A DNA stretch of 63,430 bases, taken from NCBI GenBank assembly GCA_964581035.1, contig CAZOLO010000003.1:14085-77514 (forward strand). The letters are read 5' to 3'. Source of the DNA: an uncultured Candidatus Saccharibacteria bacterium (lineage in GTDB: Bacteria > Patescibacteriota > Minisyncoccia > Phycocordibacterales > CSBR16-119). Within the stretch, counting starts at the first letter, position 1. Every line of letters begins with the position of its first letter. Below are positions 55,507 through 63,430 of the stretch, one piece after another. Both the position numbers and the translations under genes were made by a program. The notes under the pieces are model-generated. The model ran no database searches, had not been told where the DNA came from, and was given only the letters and a program-made list of their open reading frames with translations.

Positions 55507-56394
55507 TTAATCTTCTTTTGGCTGCATAAACACGAGAAGTGGGCTTGCTAGGAAAATAGATGAATATGTTCCAAAGAGCATTCCAAATGCAAGTGTAAGC
55601 GCAAACATCTTTGTAGAGTCTGGGCCAAAGATAAACAATGCCACCAATACAATAATAGTTGAAAGTGAGGTATTAACAGATCTGGCAATTGTCTGATACA
55701 AGCTTCCTCCAACAATCTCTTCAAAGGTCTTATTCTTACTTTCTCTTAGATTTTCTCGAACTCTATCAAATACTACAATTGTATCGTTTACAGACAGGCC
55801 AAGTACAGTTAGAAGAGCCACGACAAACAGAGAGTCTGCTGTAGCCCCGGTAAATTGAGATATAAGTACAAACACCCCTGAAGTTAGAATAACATCATGA
55901 ATCAAAGCTATAACAGCGATAAATCCATATCTCCAAGAAGAAACAGGTTTTGATACTCCTCGGAAAGCATACGCAATGAAAAGAATAATCGCCAAGGCAA
56001 CTATAATCAAAGCCCATGTAGCTTTTCGAGCAAGCTCTTTTCCAAGTGATGGACCGATAGAAGTAAATGACTTCTCTTCTATTGGGAATTCTCCGCCAAT
56101 AGATAATGCTTCAAATATTCCTATTCGCTCCACTTCTGTTAGGTCTCGGCTTTTTACAAATACCCCATTATCTTCTGTTGGGAGCACAGTTGCAAAATCA
56201 TATCCAGCATCAGCAAGTGAAGTGTTTATTTCAACAACATCAGGTCTCCCATCTGGGTAACTAATTTCAGCCAATGATCCGCCGGTAAAATCTATCCCTA
56301 GATTCAATCCAAATACAGAGACCAGAACTACTCCACCAATAACCATCAACGCTGACAAAGATACAAATAATTTTCTATATTTTATTACAAACAT
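55507..56394 (-). CDS. secF: protein translocase subunit SecF
   Basis: Six-TM SecF fold directly downstream of secD. The likely start is MFVIKYRKLF. Confidence 0.85.
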   Translation of the reverse strand: MFVIKYRKLFVSLSALMVIGGVVLVSVFGLNLGIDFTGGSLAEISYPDGRPDVVEINTSLADAGYDFATVLPTEDNGVFVKSRDLTEVERIGIFEALSIGGEFPIEEKSFTSIGPSLGKELARKATWALIIVALAIILFIAYAFRGVSKPVSSWRYGFIAVIALIHDVILTSGVFVLISQFTGATADSLFVVALLTVLGLSVNDTIVVFDRVRENLRESKNKTFEEIVGGSLYQTIARSVNTSLSTIIVLVALFIFGPDSTKMFALTLAFGMLFGTYSSIFLASPLLVFMQPKED

Positions 56395-56398
56395 AATT

Positions 56399-57727
56399 CT
56401 ATTTTTTAAATCCAGTTCCAAACAAGAATCGACGAATCTTGCCATCTCGTGTACCTGTAAAGGCGTACAAGAATACCCTAGTAATACTAATTGCAGAAAT
56501 CATACTTACAAGAACTCCAAGACCAAATGTCAGCGCAAATCCTTTAATAAGTGATGAGCCAAACCAGAACAATATTACAGCGGTAATCAAACTTGAAATA
56601 TTAGAATCTCGAATTGAAAGCCAGGCTCTTGAGAACCCTTCTTTTAGTCCGTCAAAAGTAGACCGCCCTGCTCTAATCTCTTCTTTCATTCTTTCAAAAA
56701 TTAGAATGTTCGCATCTACTGCAATACCTAGCGAGATAATAAATCCAGCTATACCTGCAGCAGTAAGAGTGACTGGGACAATTTTAAACAAAGCAAACAT
56801 GACAGCCATATAGAAACCAAGAGAGATAATAGCTATAACACCTGGGAATCTATACCAGAAAATAAATAATCCAGCCAGAATTAGAAATCCAAGCATTCCA
56901 GCAAATACACCAGCATTCACAGCATCACTACCAAGTGTGGCTCCTATTGTTTGTGTTGAAATAAGCTCAATTGGAACAGGTAGAGCTCCTGAGTTCAATC
57001 TTCCCACAAGCTGCTTTGCCTCATCTGGAGTAAAGTTTCCTGTGATTGTAGCTTGACCTCCTGTGATTTTTGTTTGAATAACAGGTGTTGATATTGGAGC
57101 TCCGTCTAAAAAGATGGCTAAGATTTCTCCTGTGTTGTCCCCTGTTATTTGACCAAATAGATCCCCTCCTTCTTTATCAAACTGCAGAGCAACAATAGGA
57201 GTACCAGCTATACCTGATCCACTTCCCTGTTGTACAAATTCAAGATTTGCTCTATCTAGATACTTCCCAGTTAGACCTGTACTTATATAAGCATCTTCAA
57301 AAGATGTGTTTTCGTCAGCATCCTTGTTTAGAAGTTTAAACTCAAGAAGAGGAGTCTGACCAATCATAGAAACAGCTTGATCAATATCTGTTATACCAGG
57401 AAGATCTATCACAATTCTGTCTTCATTAAGACCTGCAATATTCACCTCCTGTGTCTGAACATTTGTCTCAGAAACACCAAACAAGTTGATCCTTCTCTCA
57501 ATTACATCTCGAAGAGACTCCATTGAATCCTTAATTTCATTTTCAGATATCTCAGAAACATCAGCCTTATAAACAAGGTGTGTTCCTCCTGATAGATCCA
57601 ATCCCAACTTAAATGCATGTTGGTCATTTGCGTCTGCTTTTAGTCCCGGTTCGCTGCTGTATACAAAAAATGCTACTGCTAATCCAGCAAGCAACACGAG
57701 AAAAGCGATTAATCGTCGTTTTACCAT
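56399..57727 (-). CDS. secD: protein translocase subunit SecD
   Basis: N-terminal TM helix, a periplasmic domain and a C-terminal six-TM bundle. An AAGGAG SD lies upstream. Confidence 0.9.
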   Translation of the reverse strand: MVKRRLIAFLVLLAGLAVAFFVYSSEPGLKADANDQHAFKLGLDLSGGTHLVYKADVSEISENEIKDSMESLRDVIERRINLFGVSETNVQTQEVNIAGLNEDRIVIDLPGITDIDQAVSMIGQTPLLEFKLLNKDADENTSFEDAYISTGLTGKYLDRANLEFVQQGSGSGIAGTPIVALQFDKEGGDLFGQITGDNTGEILAIFLDGAPISTPVIQTKITGGQATITGNFTPDEAKQLVGRLNSGALPVPIELISTQTIGATLGSDAVNAGVFAGMLGFLILAGLFIFWYRFPGVIAIISLGFYMAVMFALFKIVPVTLTAAGIAGFIISLGIAVDANILIFERMKEEIRAGRSTFDGLKEGFSRAWLSIRDSNISSLITAVILFWFGSSLIKGFALTFGLGVLVSMISAISITRVFLYAFTGTRDGKIRRFLFGTGFKK

Positions 57728-57766
57728 GGCTACATCTTACTCCTTTTGGATGTAAAATGAAAGGTG

Positions 57767-57795
57767 TTGACATTACCCAGTTAAAATGCTATTAT
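57767..57795 (+). promoter_or_regulatory. sigma70-type promoter TTGACA-N17-TATTAT for the 57818 gene
   Basis: Consensus -35 with a 17-nt spacer. Confidence 0.5.
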
Positions 57796-57817
57796 ATTAA
57801 AAAATCAAACAAAATAA

Positions 57818-58288
57818 ATGAAAGCGAAGCACATTGTAACAGCAATACTTGCCACAACACTATTTGTATTTATTGTCACAAACTTAATTTTCATGGCAAA
57901 AGGTGGATCAATTAAGCATTTTGATCCAGTAATCTCAGGAATCTTTTCCGGCATAGCAATGATTTCAACAGCAATAGGCATTGGAATTTCTGGGATTTGG
58001 GCAAAAAAAGATTTCTACCTTGAGAACCTTGTTGTTAAAGAAGGTTGGACGAAGGAGTATCTTGTTAGAAACAAGACCCAAATAAACATACTTGCAGTAG
58101 TAGTAGATACCAAGTATCGAGGTGGGTATTTAGTACTATTCAGAGAAGCCGACAAGCGAAATGACAGCGAGATAACTTTCTTTGAGTGCAACTATTCTCA
58201 TCCCTACACAAAGATGATCGACAAAAGGGCCGTTCTTGTTTTTAATGAAGAAGGCATGATTGTTCCAAAGGAAATTTCAAAAGAATAA
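57818..58288 (+). CDS. membrane hypothetical protein (2 TM)
   Basis: 156-aa ORF with two hydrophobic helices. Promoter upstream and terminator downstream. Confidence 0.45.
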   Translation: MKAKHIVTAILATTLFVFIVTNLIFMAKGGSIKHFDPVISGIFSGIAMISTAIGIGISGIWAKKDFYLENLVVKEGWTKEYLVRNKTQINILAVVVDTKYRGGYLVLFREADKRNDSEITFFECNYSHPYTKMIDKRAVLVFNEEGMIVPKEISKE

Positions 58289-58305
58289 AACAGAGAGACT
58301 GTAGT

Positions 58306-58333
58306 CTTTCTAGAGAAGCCCGACCAATTGGTC
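58306..58333. terminator. terminator hairpin; first copy of AAGCCCGACCAATTGGTCGGGCTTT
   Basis: 9-bp stem GCCCGACCA/TGGTCGGGC. An identical copy lies at 59523-59556. Confidence 0.55.
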
Positions 58334-58430
58334 GGGCTTTTTTGTATATAGCTAAAGGCTATGTGCTTGACAAATTATTATTAAGCATGGTATAATATAT
58401 AAAAACTTTTCTAACAAAATAACGAAAAAA

Positions 58431-59501
58431 ATGAAAAAGCAGTTAAGAGTATTCGCGGGGTTAATCCTCCCTATTATCATCTTGTTTAGCTCTTGTGATC
58501 TTTCTAAGGATAGAGCAGGGGTTGATTCGGTATCTATTGCAAGTATTGAAATTGACGAACTGTATTACGAGAAAGTGGTAGTGTCATCTGGGCCAAACTT
58601 TTTGGAAGAAGCCATGATAACATCAGACAGTCTTGTTTTCAAGATTTCAGTACTGGTTGAAAGATCAACAGGAGGGTCCTTCAGAGCTTATATCGACAGA
58701 AGAGATAAAGCGCGACAAATTAAAGAAGGAATGACTCTCGTTGTCACCAAGGGAAAGTATCCGGTGGTGACAAATCTTGGTATTGACATGACTCAACCAA
58801 TTGAAGTTGAAATCCTTGCCATACTAGACGAAGATCGATCATCTATGATGTACCATCTTGGAATGGGAATTACCCCTTTTGATTGCATTGTATCATTTGG
58901 ACCTCTTCAAGAGTCTTTCCAAAGAACATTGTGGGTTTCTGACGATTTAGATATTGGAGAACTAAAAGCTGGCATGAAAGTGCTGACTGACTCTGATATG
59001 TCAAAGGTGCAGGGGTTATCTGATAAAGATGTCGCTAGCCCTAGATTAACTTCCTACAATAAAGGTGAAGTGTCGTATATACACACAGATAGTCGTATAG
59101 CTATAGTTAATGGGTCCAACAGATATACAGCCCTCTTTAAGTCAGATCATGGACAAAAGAAATACGAGATGATCTTCCAAGAAGACCATGATCACAGTTG
59201 TGCTTTTCTGAAAGTTGGCCAACCATTGATGGCAATCATTGTCACGGATAAATATGGCCATGAAAAGGCATTCATCCCAAAAAATCAGATTCCTCCGTCT
59301 ATCGACAGGGTTACCGTTGTATCAAATATATCTGGATCAAAAGTTTCGGTACGTAAATATGATGGCTCAGTTGTAGACATTGCTTACGATAAAATACAAG
59401 ACAATATCAACAAGGATCTAGTCACAGCTGGTGACAAAGTTATTTTGGAATCAACACCTTTAACTGATCGGATCATGGATCATATCCCGCAGGGATTGTG
59501 A
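58431..59501 (+). CDS. putative lipoprotein (356 aa)
   Basis: Signal peptide with a lipobox-like LFSSC. No recognisable domain. Confidence 0.5.
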   Translation: MKKQLRVFAGLILPIIILFSSCDLSKDRAGVDSVSIASIEIDELYYEKVVVSSGPNFLEEAMITSDSLVFKISVLVERSTGGSFRAYIDRRDKARQIKEGMTLVVTKGKYPVVTNLGIDMTQPIEVEILAILDEDRSSMMYHLGMGITPFDCIVSFGPLQESFQRTLWVSDDLDIGELKAGMKVLTDSDMSKVQGLSDKDVASPRLTSYNKGEVSYIHTDSRIAIVNGSNRYTALFKSDHGQKKYEMIFQEDHDHSCAFLKVGQPLMAIIVTDKYGHEKAFIPKNQIPPSIDRVTVVSNISGSKVSVRKYDGSVVDIAYDKIQDNINKDLVTAGDKVILESTPLTDRIMDHIPQGL

Positions 59502-59522
59502 ACATAATCCTAATTGAAATAG

Positions 59523-59556
59523 AAAGCCCGACCAATTGGTCGGGCTTTCTTTATTT
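59523..59556. terminator. terminator hairpin; second copy of AAGCCCGACCAATTGGTCGGGCTTT
   Basis: Identical to 58306-58333. Bidirectional between the lipoprotein gene and the PAP2 gene. Confidence 0.55.
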
Positions 59557-60069
59557 ATTTTTTACAAGTCTATACATCAGATAAGCCACCAGCCATCCAG
59601 CCAATATGTCTGATGGATAATGAACACCGATAAAGATTCTAGAAATTGATAGTACTGCAGCGAGCACCATAAAAATAATTCCAGCTTTTTTATGATATCT
59701 ATAAACAGCAAAACCTATGGCCATATAAAATGCTGAGTGGCCCGAAGGAAATGAATCAAAGGTTCCAGGCATAGAAAGAGGTGTTATATCCAAAGAAAGA
59801 TAGGGCCTAGGAACACCAAATATAAGCTTGAGGAAATCTGTGACCGCCCAAGTAGCCAGTGGTATAAAAATCAAACTTCTCCACTCTAGGAGATGTTGCT
59901 TGAATTCTTTAAAGATAGATTTGAATCCATGCTTATGAAGCCCAACAAAAAGCAGCGCCAAGAGACCTATAACAACCCCAAACCAGCTCGCCAAAAACAT
60001 CCATACCTTCGGAGAGCCAAAAGAGAGTGAGTGTATATATAAAAATATTTCTGTGTTTAATTCGAACAT
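59551..60069 (-). CDS. PAP2-family phosphatase (possible undecaprenyl-diphosphate phosphatase)
   Basis: PAP2 motifs PSGHSA and SRIFIGVHYPSDILAG. Four TM helices. Confidence 0.7.
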   Translation of the reverse strand: MFELNTEIFLYIHSLSFGSPKVWMFLASWFGVVIGLLALLFVGLHKHGFKSIFKEFKQHLLEWRSLIFIPLATWAVTDFLKLIFGVPRPYLSLDITPLSMPGTFDSFPSGHSAFYMAIGFAVYRYHKKAGIIFMVLAAVLSISRIFIGVHYPSDILAGWLVAYLMYRLVKNK

Positions 60070-60839
60070 GCTTTTAGTAAGTTTTTAAATAATATAGCTA
60101 TTGTAATAGGTCCAATTCCACCTGGTACTGGAGTGACAAAGCTTGCACCTTCAAAACATTCTGAATCTACGTCTCCTTCCAGCTTACCAGCTTTTTCACT
60201 CGCTCCAGCATCCACAAGAACAACACCTTCCTTAATCATGTCTCTTTTTATAAAATGAGGGTCCCCTGCCCCAGTTATGATTACATCTGCCTCAATTAAT
60301 AACTCTAATCTTTTTTCTTCAGGTGTATCTAAATTAACTACATCATAATTTAAATTTCTCATTTTCAAGACTTCTATAACAGGTAGACCGACAAGCTTCC
60401 CCTCACCCACAACAACTATCTTCTTGTTATTTAAATCAACATCATGTCTACTAAGAACTTCAAAAACAGCTCCTGCTACAGGCGCATCAAAATCGCCGCC
60501 ATTTAAGACATCTACATCTTTTTCTTTTGGAATATTTGACAATACTACTGATTCATCTATTTGCCCCGGCAAAGGAAGTTGAACTACCACACCATGAGTA
60601 TCTAAACTTTTAATGGCAGATACAACACTGTCTGTGTCCGTGCTCTCCGGCAGTATCTTTAACCATACATCTACCCCAATATATTCTCCAAACTTTTTCT
60701 TTAAAGACACAAACTTCTCGGAGGCTGGATCCTCACCTACCAAAACAATACCAAGAGACGGAGTTTCATCACATTTTTCAATAAGAGACTTTAGCTCTTC
60801 TTTTATTTCATTTTGTATTTGTTTTCCGTTCACTAACAT
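60057..60839 (-). CDS. folD: bifunctional methylenetetrahydrofolate dehydrogenase/cyclohydrolase
   Basis: MLVNGKQIQNEIKEEL...GIVLVGEDPASEKFV...HGVVVQLPLP. 260 aa. Confidence 0.85.
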   Translation of the reverse strand: MLVNGKQIQNEIKEELKSLIEKCDETPSLGIVLVGEDPASEKFVSLKKKFGEYIGVDVWLKILPESTDTDSVVSAIKSLDTHGVVVQLPLPGQIDESVVLSNIPKEKDVDVLNGGDFDAPVAGAVFEVLSRHDVDLNNKKIVVVGEGKLVGLPVIEVLKMRNLNYDVVNLDTPEEKRLELLIEADVIITGAGDPHFIKRDMIKEGVVLVDAGASEKAGKLEGDVDSECFEGASFVTPVPGGIGPITIAILFKNLLKACSN

Positions 60840-60848
60840 ATAATTATT

Positions 60849-61973
60849 TTAGTATCCCATAAATTCATACTTCATGTCATCGCGATGAATAGCTCTCGAG
60901 TCTTTTCTCATACTCATTAAGATTCCAAGAGCTGCAAACTCAGCAAGTAGATGCGAACCACCCTGACTCATAAAAGGTAACGTAATTCCTGTAACAGGCA
61001 TAAGGCCAATGTTCATACCTACATTAATAGCGATATGTGAGAAAAACATAACAGCAACCCCAACCCCAAATAGAGTTTCAAAGTTTGAAGACCCGCGCCT
61101 AGCGCTACCTAGAATCCTCCAAATTACTAACATATAGCATAGGAGTATAATCATAGACCCAACAAATCCCCACTCCTCTGAGAAAGCAGCAAAAATAAAG
61201 TCAGTCTCATACTCTGGCAGAAACTGTAGTCGGGATTGCGTACCATACCCTACCCCTTTGCCGAAAAATTGACCTGAACCAACCGCAATAGTTGATTGGT
61301 AGGCATTATATCCAGTCCCCTGAATATCACTCAGTGGATCCAAAAAACTACTTATTCTAGCCTTCTGATATGTAGCAAAAACAAAAGTCCAAAGTAGGAA
61401 AAATATAACTATTCCTCCTCCAATTACAACAAAAAGGTGCTTTTTACTTATCCCAGAAACAAGAATCATTCCAAACCAGATAAGTAATATAATCATCGCT
61501 GTCCCAAAATCAGGCTGAAGAAAAACCAAAAAGAAAGGAATGAAAGCATACAGGCCAGAGATAATCACATGCTTTATGTTAGCAATTTCAACATGGCGTC
61601 TTGAAAAATACTTAGCCAGAATCAGAATCAAAACTACTTTTACCAAGTCGGAAGGCTGAAAAGAGAAGAAGCCAAAGTTAAACCAGCTCTGAGCCCCTTT
61701 AATGGTAGAACCAAAAAAGAAAAGTGCGATGAGTAGTAGAACAAAAAAACCATACAAAGCCACCAATGCATTTGTCTTTTTAAAAACAGATACATCAAAA
61801 AAAGATATCCCTAAAAACATGGTAAATGATACACCAATCCAAATTAACTGCCTCCAAAAAACACTACCTTCTACACCAAAGGAAGCCATTGTTACAAGCC
61901 CCGCTCCAAGTATTGGCAAGAGAAACAGAACAAGCACCCAATCAATATGCTTAAATGAAAAAAAATTAGACAT
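60849..61973 (-). CDS. ftsW: SEDS-family peptidoglycan glycosyltransferase (FtsW/RodA)
   Basis: Ten-TM profile with the conserved SEDS motifs. Confidence 0.85.
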   Translation of the reverse strand: MSNFFSFKHIDWVLVLFLLPILGAGLVTMASFGVEGSVFWRQLIWIGVSFTMFLGISFFDVSVFKKTNALVALYGFFVLLLIALFFFGSTIKGAQSWFNFGFFSFQPSDLVKVVLILILAKYFSRRHVEIANIKHVIISGLYAFIPFFLVFLQPDFGTAMIILLIWFGMILVSGISKKHLFVVIGGGIVIFFLLWTFVFATYQKARISSFLDPLSDIQGTGYNAYQSTIAVGSGQFFGKGVGYGTQSRLQFLPEYETDFIFAAFSEEWGFVGSMIILLCYMLVIWRILGSARRGSSNFETLFGVGVAVMFFSHIAINVGMNIGLMPVTGITLPFMSQGGSHLLAEFAALGILMSMRKDSRAIHRDDMKYEFMGY

Positions 61974-61977
61974 GGTT

Positions 61978-62751
61978 TTAGTTAAAAAGGTCGAGTCTCG
62001 GAATAATTTCTATAGACACAACTTCTTTTTCAAATGGATTAGGCCATGTGAAAAATATCTTTTTTGTGACATCTCCCGGCAGCAGATCAACATAAGTAGA
62101 ACTAGTGTTTAACATATTGCCATCCTTATCATACAGAATAGCTACAACGTCAAAATCTTCTATATCTAGGAGTGTTCCATTTGTCAGCGTTACCTCTAGC
62201 AATGGGCTAGTGTCTTCATTTTTTAGAGTCCGATCTTTTACTAAAATAGATATGTTTGATAATTCACGAGAGCCTATTTTTATCCATTTTGGAGCCCCGC
62301 CGAGAAAACTAAAAGTTGTTCTAGCTGGAATCCTGTTGCCAACATCTATAGCACCTTCAAAGATAGCGGTATTTGATTTAGCGTCAATAAAAGTAGCCCC
62401 TTTTCTTTTTTTAATTAAGAGATTATCTTTGTCGTATAGATTGAATTCATATTGAATATAAGAAACTCCCGCATATGGATTAGGGTTTTGTATATAAGCT
62501 AAGGCGTTGTATCTTCCGGGCACGATCTCGCGCGCGTTTGACCAAAGAACACTCAGAGGCTGTGCTTGCTCAGGGCAAACAAGTTGACAGTCACCTCCAC
62601 AGTCAATACCAAACTCTATTCCGTTTAATTTACCATCAAAGCAAGTTGGCTCTTTTGTTATATATGGCCAAGCTATATACAGACCAAAAAGCATCACAAG
62701 TAACGCTACCCCCCCAAAAATCTTTATTTGGTGTTTCTGTGCCCAATTCAT
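61978..62751 (-). CDS. membrane-anchored hypothetical protein with a Cys cluster, directly upstream of ftsW/rodA
   Basis: N-terminal TM helix, then CFDGKLNGIEFGIDCGGDCQLVCPE. The start is taken at MNWAQKHQ because the track ORF start overlaps the rRNA terminator hairpin. Confidence 0.45.
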   Translation of the reverse strand: MNWAQKHQIKIFGGVALLVMLFGLYIAWPYITKEPTCFDGKLNGIEFGIDCGGDCQLVCPEQAQPLSVLWSNAREIVPGRYNALAYIQNPNPYAGVSYIQYEFNLYDKDNLLIKKRKGATFIDAKSNTAIFEGAIDVGNRIPARTTFSFLGGAPKWIKIGSRELSNISILVKDRTLKNEDTSPLLEVTLTNGTLLDIEDFDVVAILYDKDGNMLNTSSTYVDLLPGDVTKKIFFTWPNPFEKEVVSIEIIPRLDLFN

Positions 62752-62778
62752 ATTTACTAGTATATCCCATAACACCAA

Positions 62779-62816
62779 AAACAAAAACAGCCCAATAAAT
62801 TGGACTGTTTTTGTTT
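62779..62816 (-). terminator. rRNA operon terminator hairpin (12-bp stem AAACAAAAACAG / CTGTTTTTGTTT) just downstream of 5S
   Basis: Perfect 12-bp inverted repeat with a 14-nt loop, 17 nt after the 5S 3' end. Confidence 0.55.
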
Positions 62817-62832
62817 ACTTTAAATTCATTGT

Positions 62833-62940
62833 CCTGGCGACAACCTACTTTCCCCATTAAAAGAGTATCATCAGCTCAAGAGGGCTTAACTTCCGTATTC
62901 GGAATGGGAACGGGTGTGGCCCCTCCGATAAATCACCAGG
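62833..62940 (-). rRNA. rrf: 5S ribosomal RNA
   Basis: The minus strand reads CCTGGTGATTTATCGGAGGGGCCACACCCGTTCCCATTCCGAATACGGAAGTTAAGCCCTC...GGGGAAAGTAGGTTGTCGCCAGG. It has the CCGAA-C-GGAAGTTAAGC loop C region and paired termini. Confidence 0.85.
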
Positions 62941-63249
62941 ACAATAAATTTAAAAAGTGTCTAAAGGAAGACACTGTTCGATTGAAAATAATAACGGGGG
63001 GAATTGCACCACACCCACACCTTCGGTAACTCTAGAACTCGCTAGAATGGTCGAGTATCAAGTATCCGCCTAAGCTAGACCCCACCACAGATGAATGTCT
63101 CCATTCTGTGAATTGTAAACGCCTCCCTTGGGCTCGGCTCCCGATCTTTTCAATACAAACAAATGTCTTCCCAAGAAGTCCAAATTGGACCTCTTTAAAA
63201 TCCTAACTTAATAAATTTAAGCATTTTTACCGTCTAAAAGACTACTCAT

Positions 63250-63430
63250 AACCTTTCGCTTTCCTAATAGGAATTCGAATAATTAGTACTCCTCTGCTGA
63301 ACACATTGCTGTGCGTACACATAGAGCCTATCAACGTGATCATCTCTCACGATTCTCAAATGATTCCTAATCTTAAAGTTGGCTTCCCTCTTAGATGCTT
63401 TCAGAGGTTATCCATTCCCAACATAGCTAC
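63250..63430 (-). rRNA. rrl: 23S ribosomal RNA, 3'-terminal fragment (runs off the window)
   Basis: The minus strand reads GATAACCTCTGAAAGCATCTAAGAGGGAAGCC...CACGTTGATAGGC...GTACTAATTATTCGAATTCC, matching the 23S 3' domain VI region. The 3' end is placed approximately. Confidence 0.7.

Noticed and set aside
62636-63029. ORF-track entries 62636..62857 (-) and 62811..63029 (+).
   Set aside because: They overlap the 5S rRNA, its terminator and the 23S-5S spacer, so they are artefacts of non-coding rRNA-operon sequence.
1-63430. Alternative genetic code (UGA=Gly, as in Gracilibacteria/SR1) or CRISPR arrays.
   Set aside because: Very long uninterrupted standard-code ORFs (2388, 1006 and 871 aa) argue against frequent in-frame UGA. 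No regularly spaced direct repeats with unique spacers are present anywhere in the window.

Overview
This is a low-GC (about 37%), gene-dense bacterial window; roughly 90% of it is coding and most genes lie on the minus strand. Housekeeping genes dominate. They include rpsP, a KH-domain protein and trmD; RNase R; a short SMC-like ATPase; RNase III, a NusB-NUDIX fusion and rpmF; thrS, gyrB, pheS and pheT; typA, htpX, secD and secF, folD and ftsW/rodA; msrB, nagZ, sodA and mscL. The right-hand end carries the 3' end of a 23S rRNA and a 5S rRNA, both on the minus strand. The short forms of SMC, PheS/PheT and ThrRS, two HAD nucleotidase-like genes, promoter -10 boxes sitting 6-9 nt from start codons and frequent absence of Shine-Dalgarno sequences suggest a small-genome lineage. 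The lineage could be CPR/Patescibacteria-like or another reduced bacterium. I cannot assign it from this window, so that is inference. I found no tRNAs, CRISPR arrays, transposases or integrases. The most unusual content is a surface/envelope region at about 25.7-35.3 kb. It holds a 2388-aa giant surface protein with two near-identical DUF285/Liste_lipo_26-type repeat modules, which reflect an internal tandem duplication of about 2 kb. The same protein has an N-terminal beta-propeller-like repeat region, Cys-bracketed mini-repeats and a C-terminal multi-TM anchor with CarbopepD_reg-like domains. Next to it is a secreted protein with a T9SS-type C-terminal sorting domain, and downstream are two small Cys-containing membrane-anchored proteins that look like paralogs. 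Other notable items are a flotillin/SPFH membrane protein whose C-terminus resembles the ribosomal bL12 C-terminal domain, with a 14-bp perfect inverted repeat in its 5' leader. There is also a polysaccharide-deacetylase/M15 D,D-carboxypeptidase fusion, a UvrD-helicase/PD-(D/E)xK nuclease fusion with two divergently transcribed small ORFs, and an HtpX-cupin-DUF2207-LemA cluster. Finally, two intergenic regions carry their own promoter and intrinsic terminator but no annotated gene; these are candidate sRNA or micro-protein loci.
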